NCBI GenBank assembly: GCA_029979505.1
Contig: JAPOHH010000002.1
Span: forward strand, 118 to 64,117
Direction: 5' to 3'
From: a bacterium
GTDB lineage: Bacteria > Pseudomonadota > Gammaproteobacteria > GCA-002705445 > GCA-002716945
Length of the DNA stretch: 64,000 nt
This document shows, one piece after another, positions 50,989-61,539 of the stretch (its first letter is position 1; every line of letters starts with the position of its first letter). A program made the position numbers and the translations under genes. The notes below the pieces were generated by a model, which saw nothing but the letters and a program-made list of their open reading frames with translations, made no database searches and was not told the DNA's origin.

Positions 50989-52248
50989 ATGGATAAATTA
51001 TTAATTCAAGGCAGCCAATCTTTATCAGGATCAGTAAAGATTTCAGGAGCGAAGAACTCCGTACTACCTATGTTATGTGCCTCAGTGATGTCTTCAAAGG
51101 GATCAGTTGAATTACAGAATGTTCCTCATCTACAAGATGTTACCACCACGACGAGATTATTAACCCAGATGGGTGTGAGAGTTACGATGGATGAATTTAT
51201 GAAAATTAGCCTTGATGCTAGCGATATCCATAATTTTTATGCACCTTATGATTTAGTTAAAACAATGCGTTCATCAATTTTAGTATTAGGTCCATTACTG
51301 ACAAGGTTCGGTGAGGCAAAAGTCTCTTTACCTGGAGGTTGTGCAATCGGGATGAGGCCAGTTGATATGCATATAGATGCATTAAAGAAGATGGGAGCAG
51401 AAATTAAAGTTGAAAGTGGATATATTTATGCTAAATCAAAACGACTTAAAGGTAGCGATATTATTTTTCAAACAAAATCAGTAACTGGAACTGAAAATAT
51501 TATTATGGCTGCAACATTAGCTAAAGGAATTACAAAGATTCAAAATGCTGCTAACGAACCTGAAATAACAGATTTATGTGAATTTTTAATAAAAATGGGC
51601 GCACGAATTAGCGGACACGGAACAGATATAGTTGAGATAGAGGGAGTTGATTTTCTTTATGGAGCTTCACATAACCCTTTGCCTGATAGAATTGAAGCCG
51701 GGACATTTATGGTTGCTGCAGCTATTACTCAAGGTGATATAGAAATTAATAATATTGTTCCTGAACATTCTCAAGCTGTAATTGATAAATTAATTGAAGC
51801 CGGCGCAGAAATTATTTCTATGAATAATTCTGTAAGAGTGAAAATGAAAAAAAGACCAAACGCTATTAATATTGAGACAAATGCTTATCCTCATTTCCCT
51901 ACTGACATGCAAGCTCAAATCACCGCATTGAATACATTAGCTAAAGGCAACAGCTTAGTTAAAGAGAATATTTTTGAAAACCGATTTATGCACATACAAG
52001 AGTTACAAAGGATGGGCGCTCAAATAACGGTCCGAGAGAATATTGCACATATTACTGGTATGGAGAAGCTCTTGGGTGCTCCAGTTATGGCGACGGATTT
52101 GAGAGCATCGGCAAGTCTTATTTTAGCTGGTTTAGCAGCTGAGGGGGTTACTGAGATAGGTAGAGTTTATCATATAGACAGGGGCTATGATTGTATTGAG
52201 GAAAAACTTCAGTTAATTGGTGCTAGGATTTCAAGAAAACCCATGTAA
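50989..52248 (+). CDS. murA: UDP-N-acetylglucosamine 1-carboxyvinyltransferase
   Basis: SGAKN, LPGGCAIG, FPTDMQAQ, TDLRAS. Confidence 0.97.
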   Translation: MDKLLIQGSQSLSGSVKISGAKNSVLPMLCASVMSSKGSVELQNVPHLQDVTTTTRLLTQMGVRVTMDEFMKISLDASDIHNFYAPYDLVKTMRSSILVLGPLLTRFGEAKVSLPGGCAIGMRPVDMHIDALKKMGAEIKVESGYIYAKSKRLKGSDIIFQTKSVTGTENIIMAATLAKGITKIQNAANEPEITDLCEFLIKMGARISGHGTDIVEIEGVDFLYGASHNPLPDRIEAGTFMVAAAITQGDIEINNIVPEHSQAVIDKLIEAGAEIISMNNSVRVKMKKRPNAINIETNAYPHFPTDMQAQITALNTLAKGNSLVKENIFENRFMHIQELQRMGAQITVRENIAHITGMEKLLGAPVMATDLRASASLILAGLAAEGVTEIGRVYHIDRGYDCIEEKLQLIGARISRKPM

Positions 52249-52259
52249 AATGCTATCAA

Positions 52260-52877
52260 ATGATTAGATTAGCTATATCCAAAGGTAGAATTTTAGAACA
52301 AGCGATTGATATTCTTAACAAGATTAATATCACTTGCAAGTATAATCCTTTAAGTACACGTAAATTAATTATACCAACAAATAACGCTCAGTTAGAGATA
52401 GTTATAATTAAAGCTACGGATGTGCCACTTTATATAGACTCCGGAAAAGTTGATCTTGGAATTGTAGGCATAGATACTCTTCTAGAAAATTCTGCCACAA
52501 ATCATTATCGTCTAGCTGATTTAAAAATATCAAAATGTAAATTGGTTGTAGCAGGGAAGCCAGCGATGAAATATTTTAATAATATGAAGGTTGCAACAAA
52601 ATATCCAAATGCAGCGAAAAACTATTTTGAAGAGGCTGGGCTGCAGTGTTCGATACTAAAACTATATGGTTCAATAGAATTGGCAACCGTACTAGGACTA
52701 TCTGATTTTATAGTTGATATAGTTGAATCAGGAAAAACTCTTAAAGAGAACAATTTAAAAGAATACGATAAGATTGCTGATATCTCATCGCTATTAATAG
52801 CAAATAAAGTTTCTTATAAACTTAAAAAAACAAAAATAGATGCACTTGTAAGTAAGGTACTAAATAATGGCAAATAA
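52260..52877 (+). CDS. hisG: ATP phosphoribosyltransferase, short form
   Basis: AISKGR, VATKYP, LYGSIEL, DIVESGKTL; 205 aa. Confidence 0.94.
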   Translation: MIRLAISKGRILEQAIDILNKINITCKYNPLSTRKLIIPTNNAQLEIVIIKATDVPLYIDSGKVDLGIVGIDTLLENSATNHYRLADLKISKCKLVVAGKPAMKYFNNMKVATKYPNAAKNYFEEAGLQCSILKLYGSIELATVLGLSDFIVDIVESGKTLKENNLKEYDKIADISSLLIANKVSYKLKKTKIDALVSKVLNNGK

Positions 52878-53925
52878 AACAGATGATTTAAGAATTATCA
52901 ATACTCAAGAACTTTTAAGTCCTATTGATGTAATTGATGAGCTATCACCTTCAAAATCAGGAATTAAAACAATATTGGATGCTAGAAGTGAGATTAGTGG
53001 CATTCTCAACAAAACCTCTAGTAAATTTATGATTGTTGTTGGTCCATGTTCAATTCATGATATTGATGCTGCGATAGAATATGCTACAAGACTTAAAGAA
53101 TTAAAAGAAAAATTATCAGAATCTAGTTTAATAATTATGAGAGTTTATTTTGAAAAACCTAGAACCGTTATTGGATGGAAAGGCCTAATCAATGATCCTG
53201 ATCTAGATGGATCATTTAAAATTAATAATGGTATAAAATTAGCAAGAAAACTACTTATAGATTTATCTGAAATGAATATACCTTGCGGGCATGAATTTCT
53301 AGATCTAGTAAGTCCACAATATTTATCAGATTTAATAAGCTGGGGAGCAATAGGTGCAAGGACTACTGAAAGCCAAAGCCATAGAGAACTTGCTTCTGGA
53401 TTATCGTGTCCAGTTGGATTTAAAAATGGTACTGATGGCAGTATTCAAATTGCTATTGATGCAATGAATGCCGCAAGACACTCTCATAGCTTTTTATCTG
53501 TTACCAAAGAAGGAAGATCAGCTATATTCAATACAGCTGGCAATGAAGATTGTCACATCATCCTTCGTGGAGGAAATAAAAAAACAAATTATTCTTCTGA
53601 TGATGTTCAAAAATCAACATCAATTTTAGAAAGTAATAACTTAAAACCTAATATAATGATTGATGCTAGTCATGCAAACAGCAATAAAAATTACAAAATG
53701 CAATCCGTTGTAGTTGATGATGTAAAAAAACAGATTTTGCATGGTGAAAGAAATATTATTGGTGTGATGCTAGAAAGTAATTTGATCGAAGGTAATCAAA
53801 AAATTAATAGCAAAGAAAAATTGAAATATGGACAAAGTATAACCGATTCTTGTATAGGATGGGAAGAAACTGAAGATATGATTTTATCACTGGATGAGTT
53901 ATTAAGAAAAACTTATGAAAATTAA
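52867..53925 (+). CDS. aroG: DAHP synthase class I (AroF/G/H family)
   Basis: GPCSIHD, EKPRT, GARTTESQ, GFKNGT, SITDSC. Confidence 0.9.
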   Translation: MANKTDDLRIINTQELLSPIDVIDELSPSKSGIKTILDARSEISGILNKTSSKFMIVVGPCSIHDIDAAIEYATRLKELKEKLSESSLIIMRVYFEKPRTVIGWKGLINDPDLDGSFKINNGIKLARKLLIDLSEMNIPCGHEFLDLVSPQYLSDLISWGAIGARTTESQSHRELASGLSCPVGFKNGTDGSIQIAIDAMNAARHSHSFLSVTKEGRSAIFNTAGNEDCHIILRGGNKKTNYSSDDVQKSTSILESNNLKPNIMIDASHANSNKNYKMQSVVVDDVKKQILHGERNIIGVMLESNLIEGNQKINSKEKLKYGQSITDSCIGWEETEDMILSLDELLRKTYEN

Positions 53926-55204
53926 AACATTAAATTCAACTTCAAAAGATTTCTATATCGATTTATCGAAATACTTAAAGTTACAAATAAAAAACTCAAA
54001 AGCTATTGATAATTCTGTACTACAGATTATTGAAAATATAAAAAAAAATAAAGATAAAGCTTTAATCAAATTTGCAAAAAAATATGATAATGTGAATTAT
54101 ACAAAGATAAGTAACTCTCTAGTTTCAAAAAAAGAAATAAAAGATGCTTACAAGTTAGTATCACCAAATCTTTTAAAAAATATTAAAAAGGCCATAAATA
54201 ACATAAAAATATTTTCAAAAAAACAAATTTTAAACAGCTGGTCAATAAAAAAAAATGGATCAATATTAGGTGAAAAAGTAACACCTATTAAAAGGGTTGG
54301 TATCTATGTTCCAGGTGGAAAAGCAAGTTATCCATCTACAGTAGTTATGAATTCTGTTCCTGCGAAAACTGCTGGCGTAGATGAAATTATTATGGTTTGC
54401 CCACCGAGTGATGGCAAACTAAATCCCTTGGTTTTAGTAGCAGCAGACTTGTGTGGTGTTGATAAAATTTATAAATTTGGGGGTGCTCATGCAATTGCTG
54501 CTTTGGCGTATGGGACTGAGAGTGTTGAATGTGTTGATAAAATCGTTGGGCCAGGCAATGTTTATGTAGCTACGGCTAAAAAAATGGTATTTGGAAAAGT
54601 TGGTATAGATAGTTTTGCAGGTCCATCAGAAATATTAATTATTGCCGATAATAGTGTTAATCCAGAATGTATTGCTATTGATATGTTTGCTCAAGCGGAA
54701 CATGATGAAATGGCTCAATCTATTTTACTCACAACCAGCTCTAAACTTATCAACGCAGTAAACAAAAAGATTGACCAAATGATAAAATACCAAAAAAGAA
54801 AAAAAATTATCAATAAGTCTCTAAGTTCCAGAGGCCTTTTTATAAAAGTTAAAAATAAATCAGAAATAATATCCGTTGCAGATAAGATTGCTCCTGAGCA
54901 CTTAGAAATTCTTGGATATGGTAGTTCAAAATTAGAAAAAGAAATTCGTAATGCCGGAGCTATATTCATCGGAGAGAATAGTCCGGAGGTTTTTGGTGAT
55001 TATTGTGCTGGACCTAATCACGTTTTACCCACAAGCGGTACAGCGAGATATGCATCTCCGTTAGGTGTATATGATTTTTTGAAACGTACAAGTATAATGA
55101 AGATATCTAGGAAACATGCAAAAGACCTTTCTAATATTGCTTCCTCGATAGCAGAATGCGAGGGTTTATACTCTCACTCTGAATCAGCTAAATATAGAAA
55201 TTAA
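53915..55204 (+). CDS. hisD: Histidinol dehydrogenase
   Basis: YVPGGKASYPS, AGPSE, QAEHD, APEHLE, GPNHVLPT. Confidence 0.96.
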   Translation: MKIKTLNSTSKDFYIDLSKYLKLQIKNSKAIDNSVLQIIENIKKNKDKALIKFAKKYDNVNYTKISNSLVSKKEIKDAYKLVSPNLLKNIKKAINNIKIFSKKQILNSWSIKKNGSILGEKVTPIKRVGIYVPGGKASYPSTVVMNSVPAKTAGVDEIIMVCPPSDGKLNPLVLVAADLCGVDKIYKFGGAHAIAALAYGTESVECVDKIVGPGNVYVATAKKMVFGKVGIDSFAGPSEILIIADNSVNPECIAIDMFAQAEHDEMAQSILLTTSSKLINAVNKKIDQMIKYQKRKKIINKSLSSRGLFIKVKNKSEIISVADKIAPEHLEILGYGSSKLEKEIRNAGAIFIGENSPEVFGDYCAGPNHVLPTSGTARYASPLGVYDFLKRTSIMKISRKHAKDLSNIASSIAECEGLYSHSESAKYRN

Positions 55205-56206
55205 TCATCTTTGAATTGATTTGTGTGTACGTGGCATAACAGAAACATTTATGACTGTTTCAATGATTTCATTATCACGTTTAAATTTCAAAATAATATC
55301 TTCACCTACTTTCAAAGACGCTACTATTTTTACAACCTGTTTAATATTATTAATCTTTACTCCATCTAAACTCAATATTATATCATTTGGTAAAATTCCA
55401 GATTTATCAGCAGGACCGTTGTTCAAGATTTTTGAAATAACCACTCCATTTGGAGTATCATAAGCGGACATACCTATATATCCTCTGACTACTCTTCCAT
55501 ATTTTATTAATTGTTGAGTAATATTTTTTACAAGATTAGATGGTACTGCAAGACCTATTCCGTCACTTCCACCACCTAATGACAAATTCATGGTATTTAT
55601 ACCTATTAGATCACCATTAATGTTTACCATTGCTCCGCCGGAATTTCCTGGATTAATAGCTGCATCAGACTGAAGAAATTCATCAAGAGGGTTTTCAGTA
55701 ATATGACCACTATTAGTTCTAGAAATAATCCCTTTAGTTAAAGTTTGTCCTACTCCAAATGGATTTCCAATTGCTAAAACTATATCTCCTATTTTCACAG
55801 TCGACGAATCAGAAAAACTAATTGCTTTCCCTTTGAAATCACTCTTTAGTAGGGCAATATCAGTAATTGCATCTATACCTACAATTTTTGCAGGATATAT
55901 ATTGTTATCAAGAGAAATTATATTTACCCTATTTGCTCCTCTAATTACATGTTCATTTGTAACAACGTGACCATCATCTGTAACTATAACTCCGGAACCT
56001 CTACCTTTATTAGTTTGAATAGTTACAACTGAATTTTTAACAGAGTCATAAATATAATTGTAGGAATCTCTATTTACAACGTTTGAATCATAAACTTCTT
56101 TCGTTTCAACAACATTTATTGTTACTGGCTTTTGAGAAATAAATAAATATGAGGCAACCCCAGCCACAATTCCTATTACCATATATTTTAAAAGCTCTTT
56201 ATACAT
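55205..56206 (-). CDS. degS: DegS/HtrA serine protease with one PDZ domain
   Basis: TNEHV, DIALL, INPGNSGG, N-terminal anchor. Confidence 0.85.
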   Translation of the reverse strand: MYKELLKYMVIGIVAGVASYLFISQKPVTINVVETKEVYDSNVVNRDSYNYIYDSVKNSVVTIQTNKGRGSGVIVTDDGHVVTNEHVIRGANRVNIISLDNNIYPAKIVGIDAITDIALLKSDFKGKAISFSDSSTVKIGDIVLAIGNPFGVGQTLTKGIISRTNSGHITENPLDEFLQSDAAINPGNSGGAMVNINGDLIGINTMNLSLGGGSDGIGLAVPSNLVKNITQQLIKYGRVVRGYIGMSAYDTPNGVVISKILNNGPADKSGILPNDIILSLDGVKINNIKQVVKIVASLKVGEDIILKFKRDNEIIETVINVSVMPRTHKSIQR

Positions 56207-56289
56207 ATTATTAATTTGTATGTTTAAAAGTATATATTAGAGAATCATAATATGATATATTACCGACAGAATTAAAGTGAGACTGGGAA

Positions 56290-56874
56290 ATGAGCGATAA
56301 CAATAATTCATCTAATAGAAGAAACTTTCTAACAAATCTTACAAAAGTCATGGGAGGCGTTGGTGCAGTCTTTGCGGCAATACCATTTCTGTCTACCATG
56401 TCACCCAGCGAAAAAACTAAAATGGCTGGTGCGCCAATAGAGATAGATGTTTCAAGTATTCAACCAGGAGCATTTAAAATTGTTGAGTGGAGAGGAAAGC
56501 CAGTATGGGTAGTTCATAGAACTCCTGAAATGCTTGATAAGATTAAAAATGAAGCTGGCTATTTAGCCGACCCTGAATCTAATGAGGAGAATCAACCGCA
56601 ATATGCTCAAAATAAATTTAGATCACTTAAGCCTGAATATCTTGTGCTTTTGGGAGTGTGTACTCATTTAGGATGCTCGCCCCTTTATAAGCCTGGTGAA
56701 AATAAAGACTTGGGCTTAGAATGGAAGGGTGGTTTTTTCTGCCCATGCCATGGTTCAAAGTTTGATCTTTCTGGTAGAGTTTTCAAAGGAATGCCAGCAC
56801 CAACTAATTTAGAGGTACCTCCGTATTATTTTGCCAGTGAAACTAAACTTATTGTTGGAGCAGACGAAGGATAA
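56290..56874 (+). CDS. petA: Ubiquinol-cytochrome c reductase Rieske subunit
   Basis: Tat RRNFL, CTHLGC, CPCHGS. Confidence 0.97.
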   Translation: MSDNNNSSNRRNFLTNLTKVMGGVGAVFAAIPFLSTMSPSEKTKMAGAPIEIDVSSIQPGAFKIVEWRGKPVWVVHRTPEMLDKIKNEAGYLADPESNEENQPQYAQNKFRSLKPEYLVLLGVCTHLGCSPLYKPGENKDLGLEWKGGFFCPCHGSKFDLSGRVFKGMPAPTNLEVPPYYFASETKLIVGADEG

Positions 56875-58091
56875 TGAGTAAATTTATTGCATGGATTGAT
56901 GAGAGATTACCTGTTACTAAGTTTGTAAAAAATCATCTATCTGAATATTATGCTCCAAAAAATTTCAACTTTTTTTATTTTTTTGGAAGTTTAGCTCTCT
57001 TTGTATTTATTCTTCAAATAATTACAGGGATTTTTCTTACGATTAATTATAAACCTGATGCTGCATCTGCATTCGCATCAGTTGAATACATAATGAGAGA
57101 TGTTGAGTGGGGTTGGCTAATTAGATATATGCATTCTACCGGAGCTTCATTTTTCTTTATAGTAGTGTATTTACACATGTTAAGAGCATTAATGTATGGT
57201 TCATATAAAAAACCTAGAGAGCTATTATGGTTGTTCGGTATGTTTATATTCGTATTATTGATGGCTGAGGCATTCATGGGATATTTACTTCCATGGGGAC
57301 AAATGTCCTATTGGGGAGCACAAGTAATTATATCTCTTTTTGGGGCTATTCCGTTAATAGGTGAATCATTGGCATTGTGGATTAGAGGTGATTATGTAAT
57401 ATCCGATGCTACTTTGAATAGGTTTTTTGCATTTCATGTAATTGCACTTCCACTTTTACTCTTTGCTGTTATTTATTTGCATATCGCTGCATTGCATACC
57501 GTAGGCTCAAACAATCCTGATGGTATAGAAATCAAAGCTAATAAAAATAAAGATGGCGTTCCAGTAGATGGAATTCCATTTCATCCATATTACACAGTAA
57601 AAGATATATTTGGCCTAGCCGTGTTTCTAACTATTTTCATGTTTGTCGTTTTTTTCTTACCAGAATTTGGAGGATTTTTTCTTGAAAAAGATAATTTTGT
57701 CCCAGCTGACCCATTAAAAACGCCTGAGCATATTGTACCTGTTTGGTATTTCACACCGTTTTACGCAATACTTAGGGCAGTTCCAGACAAACTTGGCGGA
57801 GTAATAGCAATGGGCCTTGCAATATTTGTTCTTTTCTTAATGCCGTGGCTTGATAGATGTAAAGTTAAGTCTATTAGGTATAGATCAATATCTTATAAAA
57901 TATTATTGGCAGCTTTTATAATAAGTTTTATAGGTTTAGGTTATATCGGAATGAAAGCACCAACTCCTACACTCACTGTATTAGGTAGACTATTTACAAT
58001 TGTTTATTTTGGATTCTTTGTCCTTCTTTACTTTACAAGTAAAAATGAAAAAACGAAACCCGTACCAGATAGGGTGACGATGCATGATTAA
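56874..58091 (+). CDS. petB: Cytochrome b
   Basis: RYMHSTGAS, LPWGQMSYWG, HIVPVWYF. Confidence 0.97.
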   Translation: MSKFIAWIDERLPVTKFVKNHLSEYYAPKNFNFFYFFGSLALFVFILQIITGIFLTINYKPDAASAFASVEYIMRDVEWGWLIRYMHSTGASFFFIVVYLHMLRALMYGSYKKPRELLWLFGMFIFVLLMAEAFMGYLLPWGQMSYWGAQVIISLFGAIPLIGESLALWIRGDYVISDATLNRFFAFHVIALPLLLFAVIYLHIAALHTVGSNNPDGIEIKANKNKDGVPVDGIPFHPYYTVKDIFGLAVFLTIFMFVVFFLPEFGGFFLEKDNFVPADPLKTPEHIVPVWYFTPFYAILRAVPDKLGGVIAMGLAIFVLFLMPWLDRCKVKSIRYRSISYKILLAAFIISFIGLGYIGMKAPTPTLTVLGRLFTIVYFGFFVLLYFTSKNEKTKPVPDRVTMHD

Positions 58092-58800
58092 AAAGTATGC
58101 TGTCTTCACTGTATTATTGTTATTCTCACATCTTAGTTATGGCGCATCTGGAGGTGATTTAAAACCTGTTGCAATTGATCTTGGTAACAAGGCATCGCTT
58201 CAAAGGGGTGCTCAAATTTATTTTAATAATTGTTCTGGATGCCACACTCTCCAGTATCACAGATACAGCAAGTTTGTTAATGATCTCGGTATAAGCGAAG
58301 ATATGATTAAATCCAACCTTATCCTTACAACGAATAAAGGGGAGAAAACGAAACTTGGCTCTACTATCATAAATTCAATAAATCATGATTCTATCAAAGA
58401 GGTTTTTGGTGTAGTACCTCCAGACCTTACTCTTACTGCTAGGTCTAGAGGTTCTGAATGGATATATACTTTTTTAACGTCGTTTTATGAAGATGAAACT
58501 AGACCAATGGGTGTAAATAATATTTTATATCCTAATGTAAATATGCCACATGTATTATGGTACAAAGAAGGTTTAAAAAAACTTGATGAAAATAATCAAC
58601 TTATTCTTAAAGTCAAAGGCCAGCTTAATCAAAAAGAATATGAACAAGAAATAACTGATTTAGTTAATTTCTTAACTTATGTCGCAGAACCAGCTCAACT
58701 AGAGAGGTATTCTATTGGTTTCTGGGTTATGTTATTCCTTGTATTTTTTGCGTTTATTACGTATCTTCTAAAGATTGAGTATTGGAGAGACATTAAATAA
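58084..58800 (+). CDS. petC: Cytochrome c1
   Basis: CSGCH, PPDL, NMPH, C-terminal TM. Confidence 0.95.
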   Translation: MIKKYAVFTVLLLFSHLSYGASGGDLKPVAIDLGNKASLQRGAQIYFNNCSGCHTLQYHRYSKFVNDLGISEDMIKSNLILTTNKGEKTKLGSTIINSINHDSIKEVFGVVPPDLTLTARSRGSEWIYTFLTSFYEDETRPMGVNNILYPNVNMPHVLWYKEGLKKLDENNQLILKVKGQLNQKEYEQEITDLVNFLTYVAEPAQLERYSIGFWVMLFLVFFAFITYLLKIEYWRDIK

Positions 58801-59417
58801 TGACATTACTAGCTAATCGCAGGTCCGCGATATTATTATTCTCTCTACCAAATTGTTTAGATAGCCATAGAACTAGAATTGTAATAAAAGAAAAAGAAAT
58901 TTCTGCAGAAATTCATGAGGTTGATATTGAAAATATTCCTGAGGAAATCAAAGTTATTAGCCCTTACGATCAATATCCATCTCTAGTAGATAGGGAGCTT
59001 GTGCTACAAAATTCTAGAGTAATTATCGAATATTTAGATGAAAGGTTCCCTCATCCGCCTTTACTCCCAGTTGATCCAATTTCTAGGGCTAAATTTAGAC
59101 TTGCTTTAAACGAAATTGAGCATCACTGGTATCCGAAATATAATGAATCATATAATGATGAAATCCTAGACACTAAATTTGTGGATGAAATAAAAAATTA
59201 TTTTCTTGAAATTACACCTATGTTAAAAGATGGGTTTTTTATGAGCGAAGACTTTGGACTTGTTGACTGCAGCTTAGCACCATTGTTATGGAGACTAAAA
59301 AATATTGATTATGATTTAGCTTCAAATAATAAAATCTTGGGCAATTATTATGAGAGAGTCTTTGATAGAGAAGCGTTTCAAGAAAGCCTAACTGAGACAG
59401 AAAAAGAATTATTCTAG
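58800..59417 (+). CDS. sspA: Stringent starvation protein A
   Basis: EYLDERFPHPPL, LAPLLWRL; follows petC. Confidence 0.93.
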   Translation: MTLLANRRSAILLFSLPNCLDSHRTRIVIKEKEISAEIHEVDIENIPEEIKVISPYDQYPSLVDRELVLQNSRVIIEYLDERFPHPPLLPVDPISRAKFRLALNEIEHHWYPKYNESYNDEILDTKFVDEIKNYFLEITPMLKDGFFMSEDFGLVDCSLAPLLWRLKNIDYDLASNNKILGNYYERVFDREAFQESLTETEKELF

Positions 59418-59484
59418 TAAAAAATTTATTCTATCAACTTACTCATTCACTCTTCTAACTATACATATGTGATAAAGTAGACAT

Positions 59485-60315
59485 ATGAGCGGTGACTTAT
59501 ACATTGTGGCAACCCCTATAGGAAACTTAGATGATATAACAATTCGCGCCATAGATGTTTTAAAGAATGCTGATATTATCTTTGCTGAAAGTGTGGAGAG
59601 GACACAAACACTCCTGTCACACTACGATATTAAAAAGAAAGTTTTATCTTATAATAAAGACAATGAAAAAAGAAAGGTTCAAACTATTGCTTCATATATC
59701 GAAAACTCCAAAATTGTCGCGCTAGTAAGTGATGCGGGCACACCCTTAATCTCAGATCCAGGCTTCCACTTACTATCAAATATAAATTCAAATATCAGAA
59801 TTGTACCTATTCCAGGCGCCTCATCACTAAGTTGCGCATTGTCTGTCTCTAAAATACCAATGAATATGTTTCTATTTTATGGATTCCTCCCTAAAAAAGA
59901 AAATGATAGAAAGAAAAAATTGAATGAAATGTTATGTCTTGATGTACCAGTATTTTTATTTGAGAGCAAGCATAGGCTAGTAGCTCTGCTGAAGAATATA
60001 TATGAAATATATGGAGCAGACACTCAGGTTGGAATATTTAGAGAGCTTACAAAGGTTTACGAGACAATTCTATGTGACAAGGTTGAGAATTTGATAAGCC
60101 AATTTGAGGCTAATCAACCAAAAGGAGAATTCGTTGTAATAATTTCTCCTAAAAATTCGAATACAAACACAGAAAAAGATTATTTATCAACTATTGAGCA
60201 ATTAATTGATAAAAATTTCTCAAATAAAGATATTGTTGAAATTATAAATATCATTTCAAAAGATTCTAAAAAAGAAATATATAAAAATGTATTATCTATT
60301 AGACATGGGCTATAG
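59485..60315 (+). CDS. rsmI: 16S rRNA C1402 2'-O-methyltransferase
   Basis: LYIVATPIGNLDD, SDAGTPLISDPG, RELTK, KGEFV. Confidence 0.95.
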   Translation: MSGDLYIVATPIGNLDDITIRAIDVLKNADIIFAESVERTQTLLSHYDIKKKVLSYNKDNEKRKVQTIASYIENSKIVALVSDAGTPLISDPGFHLLSNINSNIRIVPIPGASSLSCALSVSKIPMNMFLFYGFLPKKENDRKKKLNEMLCLDVPVFLFESKHRLVALLKNIYEIYGADTQVGIFRELTKVYETILCDKVENLISQFEANQPKGEFVVIISPKNSNTNTEKDYLSTIEQLIDKNFSNKDIVEIINIISKDSKKEIYKNVLSIRHGL

Positions 60316-60361
60316 TTTTGTCGTATCATTTAGTTTTAGTGAAACCTACTAAAAAAGATAT

Positions 60362-60393
60362 AAGATGACTCTAATCGGGGCATCTTTTTTTTT
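60362..60393 (+). terminator. Intrinsic terminator or attenuator upstream of carA
   Basis: AAGATG-ACTC-taatc-GGGG-CATCTT followed by a long T run. Confidence 0.65.
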
Positions 60394-60414
60394 ATTTAAA
60401 ACAAGGAAATACTC

Positions 60415-61539
60415 TTGAAAAACGCTGCTATATTACTACAAGATGGCACTGTGATACCTGCTGAATCTATAGGGCATGAAGAATTTAGTCTAGGTGAGAT
60501 AGTTTTTAATACTTCAATGACTGGATATCAGGAAATAATTACTGATCCTTCATATAACAAACAAATTGTTACTTTTACTAATCCACATATTGGTAATACG
60601 GGTATCAATATTGATGATAATGAATCTGTTAAACATGGATGTTCAGGAATTATTATTAGGAATCACCCTACCGTGCACAGTAGCTGGAGAAGTGAAAATC
60701 AGTTTATTGAATATTTGAAAGATAAATCAATTACAGCTTTATGTTCTGTAGATACTCGTTATCTAACTTCTTTGCTAAGAATTAATGGTTCATTAAACGG
60801 ATGTTTAGTTCCAGATATAAACAAACTTGATAATGCAAAAAAAGAATTATTGAAATTTTCTGGCTTAAACGGTCTCGACTTAGCAAAAAATGTATCAACA
60901 GAAAGTCAATATTTATGGGAAGAGGGAACACATGATTTAATCAATATAAATACTCTCAAAGAACAAAAAAGATTAAATGTTTTCGCTTATGACTATGGAA
61001 TTAAAAAAAATATATTAAGAATTCTTTATGACTTAGGATGTGACGTAACAGTTGTTCCTGCTGATTTTCCCTATAAAAAAGTGTTAGATTATAACCCTGA
61101 CGGGGTTTTTTTATCAAATGGCCCTGGAGATCCTGCGGCGTGTGAATATGCTATAGAAAATATAAAAAATCTTTTAGCTGTGAATATACCTATTTTTGGC
61201 ATCTGTTTAGGTTTCCAATTAATGTGCTTAGCTAGCGGTGCAAAAACATACAAAATGAAATTTGGACATCATGGCGCCAACCATCCAGTAATAGATATCA
61301 ATACTAAAAAGGTATTTATAACTAGTCAAAATCATGGATTTGCAGTTGATTTTGATTCTTTGAGTGATAATCATAAAGTTACTCATAAATCTCTTTTTGA
61401 TGGTTCACTTCAGGGTGTGGAACTGGAGCATACACCTGCTTATGGTTTTCAAGGACATCCAGAGGCAAGTCCTGGCCCACAGGATATATACAATTTATTT
61501 ACAAAATTTATTCACAACATGAGAAATTCAAATGCCTAA
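60415..61539 (+). CDS. carA: Carbamoyl-phosphate synthase small subunit
   Basis: [28 protein letters not shown]. Confidence 0.97.
   Translation: MKNAAILLQDGTVIPAESIGHEEFSLGEIVFNTSMTGYQEIITDPSYNKQIVTFTNPHIGNTGINIDDNESVKHGCSGIIIRNHPTVHSSWRSENQFIEYLKDKSITALCSVDTRYLTSLLRINGSLNGCLVPDINKLDNAKKELLKFSGLNGLDLAKNVSTESQYLWEEGTHDLININTLKEQKRLNVFAYDYGIKKNILRILYDLGCDVTVVPADFPYKKVLDYNPDGVFLSNGPGDPAACEYAIENIKNLLAVNIPIFGICLGFQLMCLASGAKTYKMKFGHHGANHPVIDINTKKVFITSQNHGFAVDFDSLSDNHKVTHKSLFDGSLQGVELEHTPAYGFQGHPEASPGPQDIYNLFTKFIHNMRNSNA

Noticed and set aside
60316..60414. RNase P RNA, often found after rsmI
   Set aside because: Gap is only about 100 bp and lacks rnpB motifs
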